DNA of 64,000 bases from an uncultured Chloroflexia bacterium (GCA_963717065.1 CAVQVC010000001.1:2385001-2449000); one strand, 5' to 3'. Positions 35,733-45,360 are shown, counted from the first letter of the stretch. The notes: generated by a model from the letters alone, not told the origin. A program made the numbers and translations.

Positions 35733-37097
35733 TGGAACCACGCATTCAGTACGCGAAGACCAGCGACGGAGTGAACATCGCCTATGCGGTGTTTGGGTCC
35801 GGTCCGCCGGTCGTGTTTCCCAGCCTCGTCTTCGGAAGTCTACACATGTACAGGCATGACTCAGCGCCTCGCCAGGAACTCTACGACGCGCTTGTTTCTC
35901 AGGGCTGGTCGATCATCACGTACGACGGCAGGGGCACGGGTTCGTCGGACCGCGATATAGACGACTGGACACTCGGCGGCCGGGTGCGGGATCTGGAGGC
36001 GGTGGTGACGCGCGTTGCACCTGATCGCTTTGCCCTTTGCGGGCGCTATTTTGGGGGTCCCACCGCGATCAGCTACGCTGTCCAGTACCCCGATAGGGTC
36101 TCTCGTCTGGCGCTGAGCAACACGTTCGCTAACGGCTCCGAGTGGCACCAGCTAGTGCCCGCCCAGCGGATCGCCCAGCAGACGCTGCACGATGCCGAAA
36201 AGTGACTGGGAATTCGTCACCCTGACCTTCGCGAACGCTTACACCGGATACCGGGATAGCGAACGTGCGCGCGGGATGGCAGCGGCATTCCGGACAGGCA
36301 TCACAGCCCAGGGCTACATGGCGCTTCGAGATGATATTGAAAGGATAGACGTGAGGGGCCTGCTCCCACAGATCACTGTACCGACTATCGTGATCCACGA
36401 TAGGACCGAAGGTCCCGAAAGGGCAGAGATACCGACGCAACGCCTCGCGCCCGCCATTCCAGATGCGCGATTTGTCGAGACGAATGATCTGGCGGGCGTG
36501 ATCGACGAATTCCTGCAAGAGGGCGGGCTTGTGCCGACGCCACCGAGACCGCCAGCAGAGCCGGCGGAGACACGAGTGGGCGTCCCAACAGGCACCGCCG
36601 TCATCCTCTTCGCCGACATCGCCGACTCCACCGGCCTCACTGAGCGCCTGGGCGACGCGGCCTTCCGCACGAAGGCGCGCGAACTTGGTGGCTCGTTGCG
36701 GGTGGTGATCCGGGAGTGCTCGGGCACCCCTGTTGAAGGCCCGACGCTGGGCGACGGTGTTCTGGCGGTGTTCACGTCGGCGCGAGAAGCGATCGAGGCG
36801 GCGCGGCGCTGCGGCAAGGCGGGAGATGACGCCGGTTTCCCCCTGCACGTCGGTCTTCACGCCGGAGACGTCACACGCGAGAAGGATCCGGACGGGCGCG
36901 ACAACGTCTACGGCGGGGCCGTGAACATCGCTTCGCGGATAAGCGGGCTGTCGGCGCCGGGGGAAGTGCTGGTGTCGGAGACGGTGCGGTCGCTGGCGCG
37001 GACGTCGGCGGGGGTATCGTTCGATGACCGCGGCGAGCAAGCGCTGAAGGGCGTGGGCGAAGCGGTGCGGGTGTGGGCAGTGGTGGAGCGGGAGTGA
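35732..37097 (+). pseudogene. hydrolase-like/cyclase fusion paralog (PT-type), 1 apparent frameshift near 36195
   Basis: ORFs 35711..36205 and 36192..37097 join into one paralog. The MEPRIQY start at 35732 is in a TGATG junction. EGPTLGDGVLAVF and TREKDPDGRDNVYGGAVNIASR. Confidence 0.8.
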
Positions 37098-38430
37098 TGG
37101 AGCCGCAGTACCGATTTTGCACGAGCGTCGACGGCACCCGCATCGCCTACGGCACATACGGCGATGGGCCGCCACTGATATTCGCCAACACCTGGGTCCT
37201 GAGCATGGACGCACAGTTCACCTGGCCCGAGGCTCGCGTCTTCTTCGATGCCCTGGCCGCGCGAACCACCCTCGTTGCGTTCGACCGGCGCGGCACCGGC
37301 GCGTCCAAACGCGAAGTGGAAGACCTCTCAGCGGAGGCGGAGGCAGGTGACATCGCTGCCGTCGCAGACGCCGCAGGTCTGCGCGCATTCCACTTGTTTG
37401 CTGACGCAACCGCTGGCGCGGCGGGTGCATGTTTCGCAAGCACCCATCCGGAGCGCGTTCAGCGCCTCGTGCTCTGGGCGGTGCAGACCAGCATCCCGCT
37501 GGGAGGTGTTGCCCGCGAGTCGGCAGATGCCATTCGCAAGGACTGGTCATACTACCGTCGCCTCTGGGCAGGCAAACTCTACCGAGAGGGCCCGGTGTCG
37601 CTTCAGAAGACCGCGGGGCGAGCGTTCAAGGACACCGTCTCCGCTGACATGGCTGCACGGCGCTTCGAGTCCGAGCCCGACCTCCTGCCATTCGTTGGCG
37701 CGGTCACCTCGCCAACCCTCGTTCTGCACCGCGAAGCTTGGCCTGGACCGGTTCGGCAAATCGCCGTTCATGTTGCGGGTCACTTGCCAAATGGCCATTT
37801 GCAATTCGTCCCCGGCGAAGCGGCAACCCCCTATCCGGCGCATGAAGCGATCGTGGACGCAGCATTTCGGTTCTTTCGCATATCTGCACCAACCGACCCA
37901 TCCGACAAAGACCTACCCTCCGACACCGCCATCATCCTCTTCGCAGACATCGTCGACTCCACCGCCCTCACCGAACGCCTCGGCGACGCCGCCTTTCGCG
38001 ACAAGGCGCGCGAGCTCGACGAGTCGCTTCGCGTCCATCATCCGCGATAACGCCGGGACTCCCATCGAAGGCAAGCTGCTCGGCGACGGCGTGCTCGCCG
38101 TCTTCACAAGCGCACGGCAGGCGATCGAGGCGGCGCTAGCGTGCGGGCGCGCGGGAGATGAGGCGTGGTCTGCCCCTCCACCTCGGCCTTCACGCCGGCG
38201 ACGTGATCCGCGAGGACAACAACGTCTACGGCGGCGCGGTGAACATCGCGTCGCGGATCAGCGGGCTGTCTGCGCCGGGGGAGGTGCTGGTGTCGGAGAC
38301 TGTGCGCTCGCTGGCGCGCACGTCAGCCGGCGTCACGTTCGAGGACCGCGGCGAGCAGTCGCTGAAGGGCGTCGGTGAGCCGGTGCGCGTCTGGGCGGTC
38401 GTCCCGCAGCCCGTGACGAGCGATGGCTAG
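37097..38430 (+). pseudogene. hydrolase-like/cyclase fusion paralog (K-type), 2 apparent frameshifts near 38035 and 38160
   Basis: ORF 37073..38050 (start MEPQYRF at 37097, TGATG junction). IIRDNAGTPIEGKLLGDGVLAVF lies in a second frame; ORF 38158..38430 carries NVYGGAVNIASR. Confidence 0.8.
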
Positions 38431-39172
38431 CGCCCTCCGCCGTTTCTTCGTTCCTCCCGGCTCCCTGCGGGCGCGCCACGTCACTCTCGGCCCCGAACTT
38501 GCTCACCGCCTGGGCCGCGTCCTCCGCTTCCGCGTGGGCGACCACGTCATCCTCACCGAGGGCGGGCCGCATGAGTACGAAGTGCAGATAACGGCGATAT
38601 CCGGGAATGCGCTCACGGCGAACGTCGTCGCCGAGCGGGAGCCGCCGCCGGAGCCGGACGTGGAGCTGATGCTCTACCAGTCGTTGATCCGCGCGAACCG
38701 CTTCGACCTGGTTCTCGAGAAGGGGACCGAGATCGGCGTCTCGCACTTCGTGCCGGTCGTGTCGGCTCGCTCCGTGGTGCAGGGCAACGGCGAGCCCGAC
38801 TCCGCGCGCTCGGAACGCTGGCGGCGGATCGTCGTCGAGGCGGCCGAGCAGTGCGGTCGCGGGCGGTTGCCGGCCGTCGACCAGCCGCTGCAGTTTGAGC
38901 AGGCCATTCGCAGCGGGACCGGTCTTAAGCTCCTCTCCTGGGAAGAGGAGCGGTCGCAGCACCTGTCCGCCTACGTGCACTCACTGCGGGTGCGCCCCCG
39001 CGTTGTGAGCCTTCTCACCGGCCCTGAGGGGGGGCTGGAGGTGGCGGAGGTGGATACTGCGCGTGAACAGGGATGGGTGGTCGTGTCGCTGGGGGAACGA
39101 ATCATGCGTTCGGAGACGGCGGGGATCGTGGCGTCGGCGCTGGTGCTGGAGGGGCTGGGAGAGCTGGGTTAG
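38423..39172 (+). CDS. rsmE: 16S rRNA (uracil1498-N3)-methyltransferase
   Basis: RFFVPPG N-terminus, LYQSLIRANRFDLVLEKGTEIGV, GPEGGL, SLGERIMRSETAG. Confidence 0.85.
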   Translation: MASALRRFFVPPGSLRARHVTLGPELAHRLGRVLRFRVGDHVILTEGGPHEYEVQITAISGNALTANVVAEREPPPEPDVELMLYQSLIRANRFDLVLEKGTEIGVSHFVPVVSARSVVQGNGEPDSARSERWRRIVVEAAEQCGRGRLPAVDQPLQFEQAIRSGTGLKLLSWEEERSQHLSAYVHSLRVRPRVVSLLTGPEGGLEVAEVDTAREQGWVVVSLGERIMRSETAGIVASALVLEGLGELG

Positions 39173-40161
39173 GCTGGCTTGTGGCCGCGGGCCATGAAGT
39201 AGGCGCCGGCTATCAAGGCGCCGGATATGAAGGCGATAGGGATGACGACGGCGAGGAGGAGCCAGGGGCTGTTGTCGTCGCCGCCGGAGCTGGGGATGCG
39301 GGGGATGTCGCCGGTCTCGACGACGGGGGCGGGGGTCGCCGCGAGGAGCTCCGGCGGGATCTGGGGCTCGCGGTTGTCGATCGTGGCGAGGAGGACCTCG
39401 GCCATCACCTGGTGGCCCTGCTCGTTGGGGTGCAGACCGTCGCCGGCGATCCACTGGTTGCCGCGGCCGCGGAAGAGCTGGAAGACGTCGCCCATGTGGA
39501 CGTTCAAGTCCTCGTCGGCGGTGACGGCGCCGATGACGCCGTTGAGCTGTTGGACGGCGAGGTCGGCGAGGCCCTCGCGGAAGTCGCCGGTGCCGGAGAA
39601 CGGGTTGTAGAGGTCTATGACGTAAATCCCGGCGTTGGGGGCAGCGTCGCGCAGGCGGTGGAGGGCTGTCGTCAGGTTGTTCTGCAGGCCGCTCAGCGTT
39701 TCTCCCAGGAACTCGAGGCACTCCTCGCCGGAGGTGTCGCGCGTGCAGGGTGAGTTGGCGCCGGCGAGCGACAGGAGGTCGTTGCCGCCGATGCTGATAC
39801 TGATCAGCTCGACGTTGTCGTCGGCGTGCTCGTCTTCCTCGGTGCGGAGGTTGATCTCGTCCAGGGCGGCGTCGAGCTGGCCGCCTTCGAGGAGGAGGTC
39901 GGCGCTGGTGGCGCCGGGGACGGCGAAGTTGAGCAGCTCGAGGTTGCGCTCGCCGTAGCGGTCGCTCGTCTGGAGAGAACCGTAGGCGAGCGCGACGTAG
40001 CCCTCGCGGGAGGGCTCGGGGACGCCGACACCGAAGGCGAGGGAATCGCCGAGGGCGATGTAGGCGGGGCCGTCGGCGGCGTGGGCGCGCGGAGACGGCA
40101 AGAAAGCAACGAGGACTGCCAGAGACAAGAAAGCCGCCAGAGGCGGCAGAGAGCGACGCAC
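39169..40161 (-). CDS. SGNH/GDSL-family hydrolase, secreted with C-terminal TM anchor
   Basis: YIALGDSLAFGVG (block I), SIGGNDL (block III), DGLHPNEQGHQVMA (block V). Signal peptide and C-terminal hydrophobic helix. Confidence 0.8.
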   Translation of the reverse strand: MRRSLPPLAAFLSLAVLVAFLPSPRAHAADGPAYIALGDSLAFGVGVPEPSREGYVALAYGSLQTSDRYGERNLELLNFAVPGATSADLLLEGGQLDAALDEINLRTEEDEHADDNVELISISIGGNDLLSLAGANSPCTRDTSGEECLEFLGETLSGLQNNLTTALHRLRDAAPNAGIYVIDLYNPFSGTGDFREGLADLAVQQLNGVIGAVTADEDLNVHMGDVFQLFRGRGNQWIAGDGLHPNEQGHQVMAEVLLATIDNREPQIPPELLAATPAPVVETGDIPRIPSSGGDDNSPWLLLAVVIPIAFISGALIAGAYFMARGHKPA

Positions 40162-40178
40162 TACGGGTCTAGTTTAGC

Positions 40179-41225
40179 TCAGGGGAGGTAGGCGAGGGGG
40201 TCTACGAGACCGCCGTAGTAGTGCATCTCGAAGTGCAGGTGGGGGCCCGTGGAGTAGCCGGTGCTGCCGAGCGCGCCGACGGCCTCGCCCTGGTTCACGT
40301 ACTGGCCCTGGGTGACCCAGATCTCGGAGAGGTGCCCATAGACGGTCTGCATGCCGTCGCCGTGGTCCACGATCACCTGGTAACCGAGGCCCCAGTCGCT
40401 CCAGCTGGCGAGGATGACGGTGCCGCCGGCGGCGGCGCCGATGGGCGCGCCATACTGCCCGAAGCCGTCGATGTCGATACCCTTGTGGCCGCCCTCCATG
40501 AAGTAGGTGGTGATATTGCCGTATACGGGCCAGACGTAGCCGTAGGAGGGCGCCGGCACCGAAGCTGCTGCGGCGGCAGCGCCGGCGAAGACGGGCGCGG
40601 AGGGCTCGTCCTCAACCGGAGTCTCAGCCACGTAGACGGGCTCGGGCTCGGGCGGCGGGACGGCGCCGGGGAGAACGAGCACCATGCCGTCGGTGATCAG
40701 GCTTTCGGGCGTGCTCAGGTTATTGCCGGCGAAGCCGGTGATCGCGGACATGTCGATACCGTAGTAGGCGGCGATACCGCTGAGGGTGTCGCCCTCGACG
40801 ACGTGGTAGACGATGCCGTCGGTGCCGGGGATGACGAGCGTCTCGCCGATTAGGAGGAGGTTGGGGTCGGAGCTGACTTCGGTGTTGCTCCAGAGGATAT
40901 AGGCGGGGTTGAGACCGAAGGCGGCGGCGATCGACTCGATCGTGTCGCCGGGCTGGATCGTGTAAGTGAAGGAAGCGGAGACGGGCGCCGGTGGCGTCGT
41001 CGCGGTCGTGGTGTCTTCGACGGAGGGAGCGGGAGTGGTGCCGGGGACGGCGGTGGCCATGGCCTCGGCCTGGTGGCGCGCGAGGATACCCGGGACCGTG
41101 GAGACGATGACGGGTGGTTTCAGGTAGCCGGCGGCGGCCGTGGCGGCAGGCTCTTCGGAGTTACCTGCGCGGACGGTAGAGCCGAGGTCAGAGACGTGCC
41201 CCGATATGGCGGTGAGAAGGGCCAT
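40179..41225 (-). CDS. LysM-domain M23 family metallopeptidase (cell-wall hydrolase)
   Basis: Two LysM repeats (YTIQPGDTIESIAAAFGL, YHVVEGDTLSGIAAYYGI). M23 motifs HKGIDIDG and GPHLHFEM. Confidence 0.85.
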   Translation of the reverse strand: MALLTAISGHVSDLGSTVRAGNSEEPAATAAAGYLKPPVIVSTVPGILARHQAEAMATAVPGTTPAPSVEDTTTATTPPAPVSASFTYTIQPGDTIESIAAAFGLNPAYILWSNTEVSSDPNLLLIGETLVIPGTDGIVYHVVEGDTLSGIAAYYGIDMSAITGFAGNNLSTPESLITDGMVLVLPGAVPPPEPEPVYVAETPVEDEPSAPVFAGAAAAAASVPAPSYGYVWPVYGNITTYFMEGGHKGIDIDGFGQYGAPIGAAAGGTVILASWSDWGLGYQVIVDHGDGMQTVYGHLSEIWVTQGQYVNQGEAVGALGSTGYSTGPHLHFEMHYYGGLVDPLAYLP

Positions 41226-41447
41226 GACCGGGAGTACGAGGAGAAGACCGTGTAGGGCGTATTGCCTGTATTCTGTTAGCGACTGCCCCGCTAGATTCAG
41301 GCGAGACCGGCGCCTCTCGCGCCTCAGGTTGCCCCCTGGCTCCCGAGGTGGAAGGGTCGGTTTCTGAATAACCTACCTCCTATGGGCGGGCCTTGAATCA
41401 CACCTCCACAACCCAACATCGGCCCGTCTTTCGGTTCCGGTTAATCG
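41226..41447 (-). promoter_or_regulatory. about 220-nt structured 5' leader of the LysM-M23 gene; candidate ydaO-type (c-di-AMP) riboswitch
   Basis: The leader contains CGCCUGAAUCUAGCGGGGCAG, GAGGUGUGAUUC, GGAGGUAGG, AACCGACCC and GCUAAC, which resemble conserved ydaO blocks, plus a GGCGC-gagag-GCGCC hairpin. Not verified by a covariance model. Confidence 0.3.
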
Positions 41448-41453
41448 CGGGTT

Positions 41454-41483
41454 AGTATACCCCACTTGTCAAGCATTTCACAA
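41454..41483 (-). promoter_or_regulatory. candidate promoter TTGTGA-18-TATACT for the LysM-M23 leader
   Basis: Minus strand: TTGTGAaatgcttgacaagtggggTATACT, in an AT-richer intergenic patch. Confidence 0.3.
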
Positions 41484-41674
41484 TTTGACGGCTTACATGT
41501 ACGCAGTGAAGTTACGGTTAACAAGGATGAAAACGGGAGCTTTTGGGAGTGTTTCCCGATTATCGGGCCGGATCCGGCCGTGGTCTCTGGAGGCTTGCAG
41601 TTAACTCGGGAGGTTCCGTGCGCCCTTCGGGGCAGACTGTTACGAAAATCGTCTGATTTTATAACCGTTTTCCG

Positions 41675-42940
41675 TTAAATGGCCTCTTTCAGAGTGGCCA
41701 GGAACTCCTTGTTGCTCTTGGTGCGCCCGAGGCGCTCGAGGATCAGCTCCGTAGACTCGCTCGGGTTCTGGCTGTTCTGGCCGACGAGGGCCGTCATGCG
41801 GCGCAGGAGGACCACCCGCGAGTAGGTCGATTCGTCGAGCAGCAGCTCATCGCGGCGTGTACCGCTGCGGGCGATGTCGATGGCGGGGAAGGTGCGCTTT
41901 TCGGCGAGGCGGCGGTCGAGCCAGAGCTCCCAGTTGCCGGTGCCCTTGAACTCTTCGAAGATCACCTCGTCCATGCGGCTGCCGGTGTCGACGAGGCAGG
42001 TGGCGATCATCGTCAGACTGCCGCCGTCCTCGACGTTGCGGGCGGCGCCGAAGAGCCGCTTGGGCGGGTGCAGAGCGACGGGGTCGATGCCGCCGGAGAG
42101 CGTTCGCCCGGAGGGAGGCAGCGCCAGGTTGTAGGCGCGGGTTAGGCGGGTGATGCCGTCGAGGAGGACCATCACGTGGCGGCCGCACTCGACGAGGCGC
42201 TTGGCGCGCTCGAGGGCCATCTCGGCGACGCGCGTCTGTTCTTCCACAGGGTCATCGAACGTCGCGGCGACGACCTCGGCGTCCTCCACGGAGCGCCGCC
42301 AGTCGGTCACCTCTTCGGGCCGTTCGCCGATGAGGGCGACCATGATGTGGATGTCGTCGTAGTGCTTGGCGGTGGCGGCGGCGATCGTCTTCAGAAGGAG
42401 GGTCTTGCCAGCCTTGGGAGGGGAGACGATGAGCCCGCGCTGGCCGCGGCCGATCGGCGCGATGAGGTCGATGATGCGAGTGGAGAGGTTGTTGACGCCG
42501 GCTTCCAACTCAATACGCTCGTCGGGGAAGATCGGGGTGAGCTGCTCGAAGTAGGGGCGGCGCTTGGCGGTCTCGGGGTCGAGGCCGTTGACGGAGTCGA
42601 CGCGGAGGAGGCCGTAGTACTTCTCGCTGTCCTTGGGGGGACGGACGGCGCCCATGACGTAGTCGCCGGTACGGAGGGCGAAGCGGCGGACCTGGGTCTG
42701 GGAGACGTAGACGTCGCTCATGGAGGGGCGCAGGCCCTGGGTGCGGAGGAAGCCGTAGCCGTCGGAGGCCATTTCGAGGATGCCGCCGGCGAAGTAGTTG
42801 CCTTCGCGCTCGGCCTTGGCCTGCATGATCTTGAACACCAGGTCCTGCTTGCGCATGCCGTTGGTGCCGGTGATCTCGAGGTCTTTAGCGACCTCTAATA
42901 GTTCGTCTTTGGTCTTGGTTTCGAGTTCAACCAGGTTCAC
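41675..42940 (-). CDS. rho: transcription termination factor Rho
   Basis: Rho_N ([21 protein letters not shown]), cold-shock-like RNA-binding domain, Walker A PPKAGKT; 421 aa, GTG start. Confidence 0.93.
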   Translation of the reverse strand: MNLVELETKTKDELLEVAKDLEITGTNGMRKQDLVFKIMQAKAEREGNYFAGGILEMASDGYGFLRTQGLRPSMSDVYVSQTQVRRFALRTGDYVMGAVRPPKDSEKYYGLLRVDSVNGLDPETAKRRPYFEQLTPIFPDERIELEAGVNNLSTRIIDLIAPIGRGQRGLIVSPPKAGKTLLLKTIAAATAKHYDDIHIMVALIGERPEEVTDWRRSVEDAEVVAATFDDPVEEQTRVAEMALERAKRLVECGRHVMVLLDGITRLTRAYNLALPPSGRTLSGGIDPVALHPPKRLFGAARNVEDGGSLTMIATCLVDTGSRMDEVIFEEFKGTGNWELWLDRRLAEKRTFPAIDIARSGTRRDELLLDESTYSRVVLLRRMTALVGQNSQNPSESTELILERLGRTKSNKEFLATLKEAI

Positions 42941-43149
42941 GGGGTCTCCGATAAATGCGTGACGGGATAGAGTTCCGTCAGGGTGGGGTGTGATAAACGT
43001 TCGGGGAGGTGTCGTCCCCGCCGCGGCGGGGAACCAAGGTCAATGTACCCCAAAGAAGGTAGACGCGCAATAGGGGGAGAGTGTAACGAGGGGTGGGACG
43101 GGTGTGGGCTTGGGAGCGGGGTGCTGTTGCCCGCTGCTAGGCGGCCGCG
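42941..43149 (-). promoter_or_regulatory. rho 5' leader with C-rich/G-poor tract (rut-like, possible autogenous attenuation)
   Basis: mRNA-sense sequence around 43071..43125 reads ...cccaagcccacacccgtcccacccctcgtt..., visibly C-rich and G-poor by eye. Confidence 0.3.
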
Positions 43150-44000
43150 TCATCCACTTGCTTGCCTCTCCTGGATGTCCTTCAATGATCGGCCATCGGC
43201 GTCCTTCCATTCCGTCCGACCATTGGCAGACCTGCCCAATAGGGCGCCCGCCGCCGTCGATGGGGAGTTGAACGTGTAGTCCTGCGACAGTCGATATACT
43301 TCGCCCGCATCCGTCAGGACGCCCTGGTCGAGGAGTGCCCGGCGGAGGCCGGAAAGGTACGCGTGGATCGATGGCACTTCCGTCCTAACGGCGGTCGAGC
43401 CCGCGCGCACGACGAACCCTTCAAGACTGTCGACGCCTCGCGCCTCCATGCCCTTGCCCTTAAGCAGCAGATCGCTACCCTTGGGAGCGGCAACTTGTGC
43501 CTTCTCAAAGACGGTGACTCCTACGACCGGCAAGCAGAGCAGGACATCCTCGAGAAAGCTATTCGCGTCTGCCGCATCCGCTTCGGACAGCGTCGAGACC
43601 TGGGGGACATTCGCATTGTCAAACTCGCAACGCTTAGCGTCGTTCGCCAGAGCCACCAGTCGCGCTTCCAGGTATTGCACGTGGCCTTGTTTAGGTTCTG
43701 GTCCTTGCTCGTGAAGACTGCCGCGTGCGTCCAGAAGTCCTTGATCCGAGCGTGCTGATCGAGTCGTGAGAGCACTCCGTCGCCTTCACCCACATAGACG
43801 CGCGGCAACTGGCCGGACTCACCTGGTCCCCACAGCACGTAGACACCCGTACGCTTCAATTCGGGGCGCGGCCGCGTCTCACCGAAGAGCGAGCGGGGGA
43901 ACACCAGCCCTTGGCCAGTCCAGTTCGATTTCTCGATGATGCGCAGCCCTTCCGGCTCTCCGGAGGGAATGAATATGCGCACCGAGAAGCCAGCCGTCAT
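43150..44000 (-). pseudogene. GIY-YIG domain + DUF4357 protein, 1 apparent frameshift near 43685
   Basis: GVYVLWGPGESGQLPRVYVGEGDGVLSRLDQH...KDFW (GIY-YIG), then YLEARLVALANDAKRCEFDN... and C-terminal FNSPSTAAGALLGRSANGRTEWKD (DUF4357) in ORF 43150..43680. Confidence 0.7.
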
Positions 44001-44061
44001 CTGTGGTGGGGGAATTGTAGCAGAACGCGGGCAGGGTCTGGAATCGGGGGCGTTGTTCCGC

Positions 44062-44092
44062 CGCTCATCCTACGAGAGCCTCAGGATGAGCG
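44062..44092 (-). repeat. 31-nt palindromic repeat, copy 2
   Basis: Plus strand cgctcatcctacgagagcctcaggatgagcg (perfect 10-bp arms), intergenic between the GIY-YIG gene and purM. Confidence 0.7.
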
Positions 44093-44182
44093 GGTCGGGG
44101 CGTCCGGGTGATTCGCGGCGTTGGCCCCTCCCCAGATCCTTCGTTCCTCAGGATGACAGGGGGCCGCGGCGAGCGGGCGCCC

Positions 44183-45337
44183 CTAGGCGCGGGTGAAGCG
44201 GCCGTCCTGGCCGACGAGGCCGTGCTGGCGGAGCCAGACTCGCTTGCTGCCGTCCTCGACGACGCGGCCGATGGGCGAGGCGGGGACGCCGGCGTCGGCG
44301 GCGCTCTGGATGACGCGGGAGACGGCTTCGGGGGCGCAGACGATGCAGAATCCGACGCCCATGTTGTAGACGGTGAACATCTCCTCGATGGGGACGCCGC
44401 CGGAGCGCTGGATGAGGCCGAAGACGGGCGGTGGCTCGGGCAGGGCGTCGATCTCGAAGCCGACGGGGGCGGTAACGCGGGAGAGGTTGAGGAAGCCGTC
44501 GCCGGTGATGTGGCAGAGGGCCTTGAGGGGGGCGCCTTCCCGGAGGAGGGGCATGACGGCGTTGACGTAGATGCGGGTGGGCTCGAGGAGTTCCTCGCCG
44601 ATGGAGCGGCCGGCGAGCTCGGGGGGGCGGGCGTCGAGGGCCGAGGCGTCATCCTCCGCTCGTCCTACGAGAGCCTCAGGACGAGCGGGAAGCGGCGGTT
44701 GTCCGTTGTCGGCCCGCAGGAGGGCGCGGCGGGCGAGGGTGAGGCCGTTGGAGTGGATGCCGGTGCTGGCGAGGCCGACGATGGCGTCGCCGGGGCGGGC
44801 GTCCTGGCCGGCGATGATGCGGTCGCGATCGACGAGGCCGACGCAGGTGCCGGCGAGGTCGAAGCCGTGGCCGGGACGGTGTGAGCGGATGATTTCGGGG
44901 ACCTGGGAGATTTCGCCGCCGGGGATGCTGATGTTGGCCTGCCGAGCGCCTTCGAGGAGGCCCTTGCCGATTTCTTCGAGGAGGCGGTCGGAGGCGAGCT
45001 CGACGGCGATGTAGTCGAGCATGGCGATGGGTTCGGCGCCGACGCAGAGGATGTCGTTGGCGTTCATGGCGACGCAGTCGATGCCGACGGTGTCGTAGCG
45101 GTCCATCATTTCGGCGACGATGGCCTTGGTGCCGATGCCGTCGGTGGAGAGGGCGAGGGCGTTGGGGCCGCCGATGTCGAGGACGGTGGCGTAGGCGCCG
45201 AAGTCGACGAGGGGATGGCCGGGGGCGCCGGCGCGGAGGTCGAAGGTCTGGGCGAGGGAGGCGATGAGTGAGCGGAAGCCGGGGCGTTCGTCAAGGCGGG
45301 AGACGCCGGAGCGTTCGTAGGCCTGGGTGTCGGTCAC
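44183..45337 (-). CDS. purM: phosphoribosylformylglycinamidine cyclo-ligase (AIR synthase family)
   Basis: LALSTDGIGTKAIVA, GIDCVAMNANDI, IPGGEIS, GLASTGIHSNG, PTRIYV. Start taken at GTG 45337 (VTDTQAYE...); the longer ORF to 45442 runs through repeat DNA. Confidence 0.85.
   Translation of the reverse strand: MTDTQAYERSGVSRLDERPGFRSLIASLAQTFDLRAGAPGHPLVDFGAYATVLDIGGPNALALSTDGIGTKAIVAEMMDRYDTVGIDCVAMNANDILCVGAEPIAMLDYIAVELASDRLLEEIGKGLLEGARQANISIPGGEISQVPEIIRSHRPGHGFDLAGTCVGLVDRDRIIAGQDARPGDAIVGLASTGIHSNGLTLARRALLRADNGQPPLPARPEALVGRAEDDASALDARPPELAGRSIGEELLEPTRIYVNAVMPLLREGAPLKALCHITGDGFLNLSRVTAPVGFEIDALPEPPPVFGLIQRSGGVPIEEMFTVYNMGVGFCIVCAPEAVSRVIQSAADAGVPASPIGRVVEDGSKRVWLRQHGLVGQDGRFTRA
44657..44687 (-). 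repeat. 31-nt palindromic repeat, copy 3, located in frame inside purM
   Basis: Plus strand cgctcgtcctacgagagcctcaggacgagcg. On the coding strand it encodes ...ARPEALVGRA... between ARRAL and IGEELLEPTRIY. Confidence 0.7.
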
Positions 45338-45360
45338 GGTTCGATTGTAGCAGCCGAGAG

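Noticed and set aside
36129-37214. 361-aa minus-strand ORF, and similar long antisense ORFs (46094..47362 +, 17824..19281 +, 8141..8986 -, 62313..63248 -, 38981..39721 -, 55394..56371 -, 56269..57291 -)
   Set aside because: Each lies opposite a gene with strong family motifs (cyclase, pyrG, beta-helix, lipA, FGE, SGNH hydrolase, peptidase). All are Arg/Pro/Ala/Gly-rich with no recognisable domains, so they are high-GC frame shadows.
41466-41678. 70-aa plus-strand ORF in the AT-richer intergenic region between rho and the M23 peptidase gene
   Set aside because: It has atypical composition for this genome, no RBS and no motif. The region is better explained as the rho 3' flank plus the promoter and leader of the minus-strand peptidase gene.
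44065-44652. 195-aa Pro/Ser/Ala-rich ORF overlapping the purM 3' half in another frame
   Set aside because: It is a low-complexity translation of the purM coding region plus repeat DNA. purM motifs occupy the alternative frame on the same strand.
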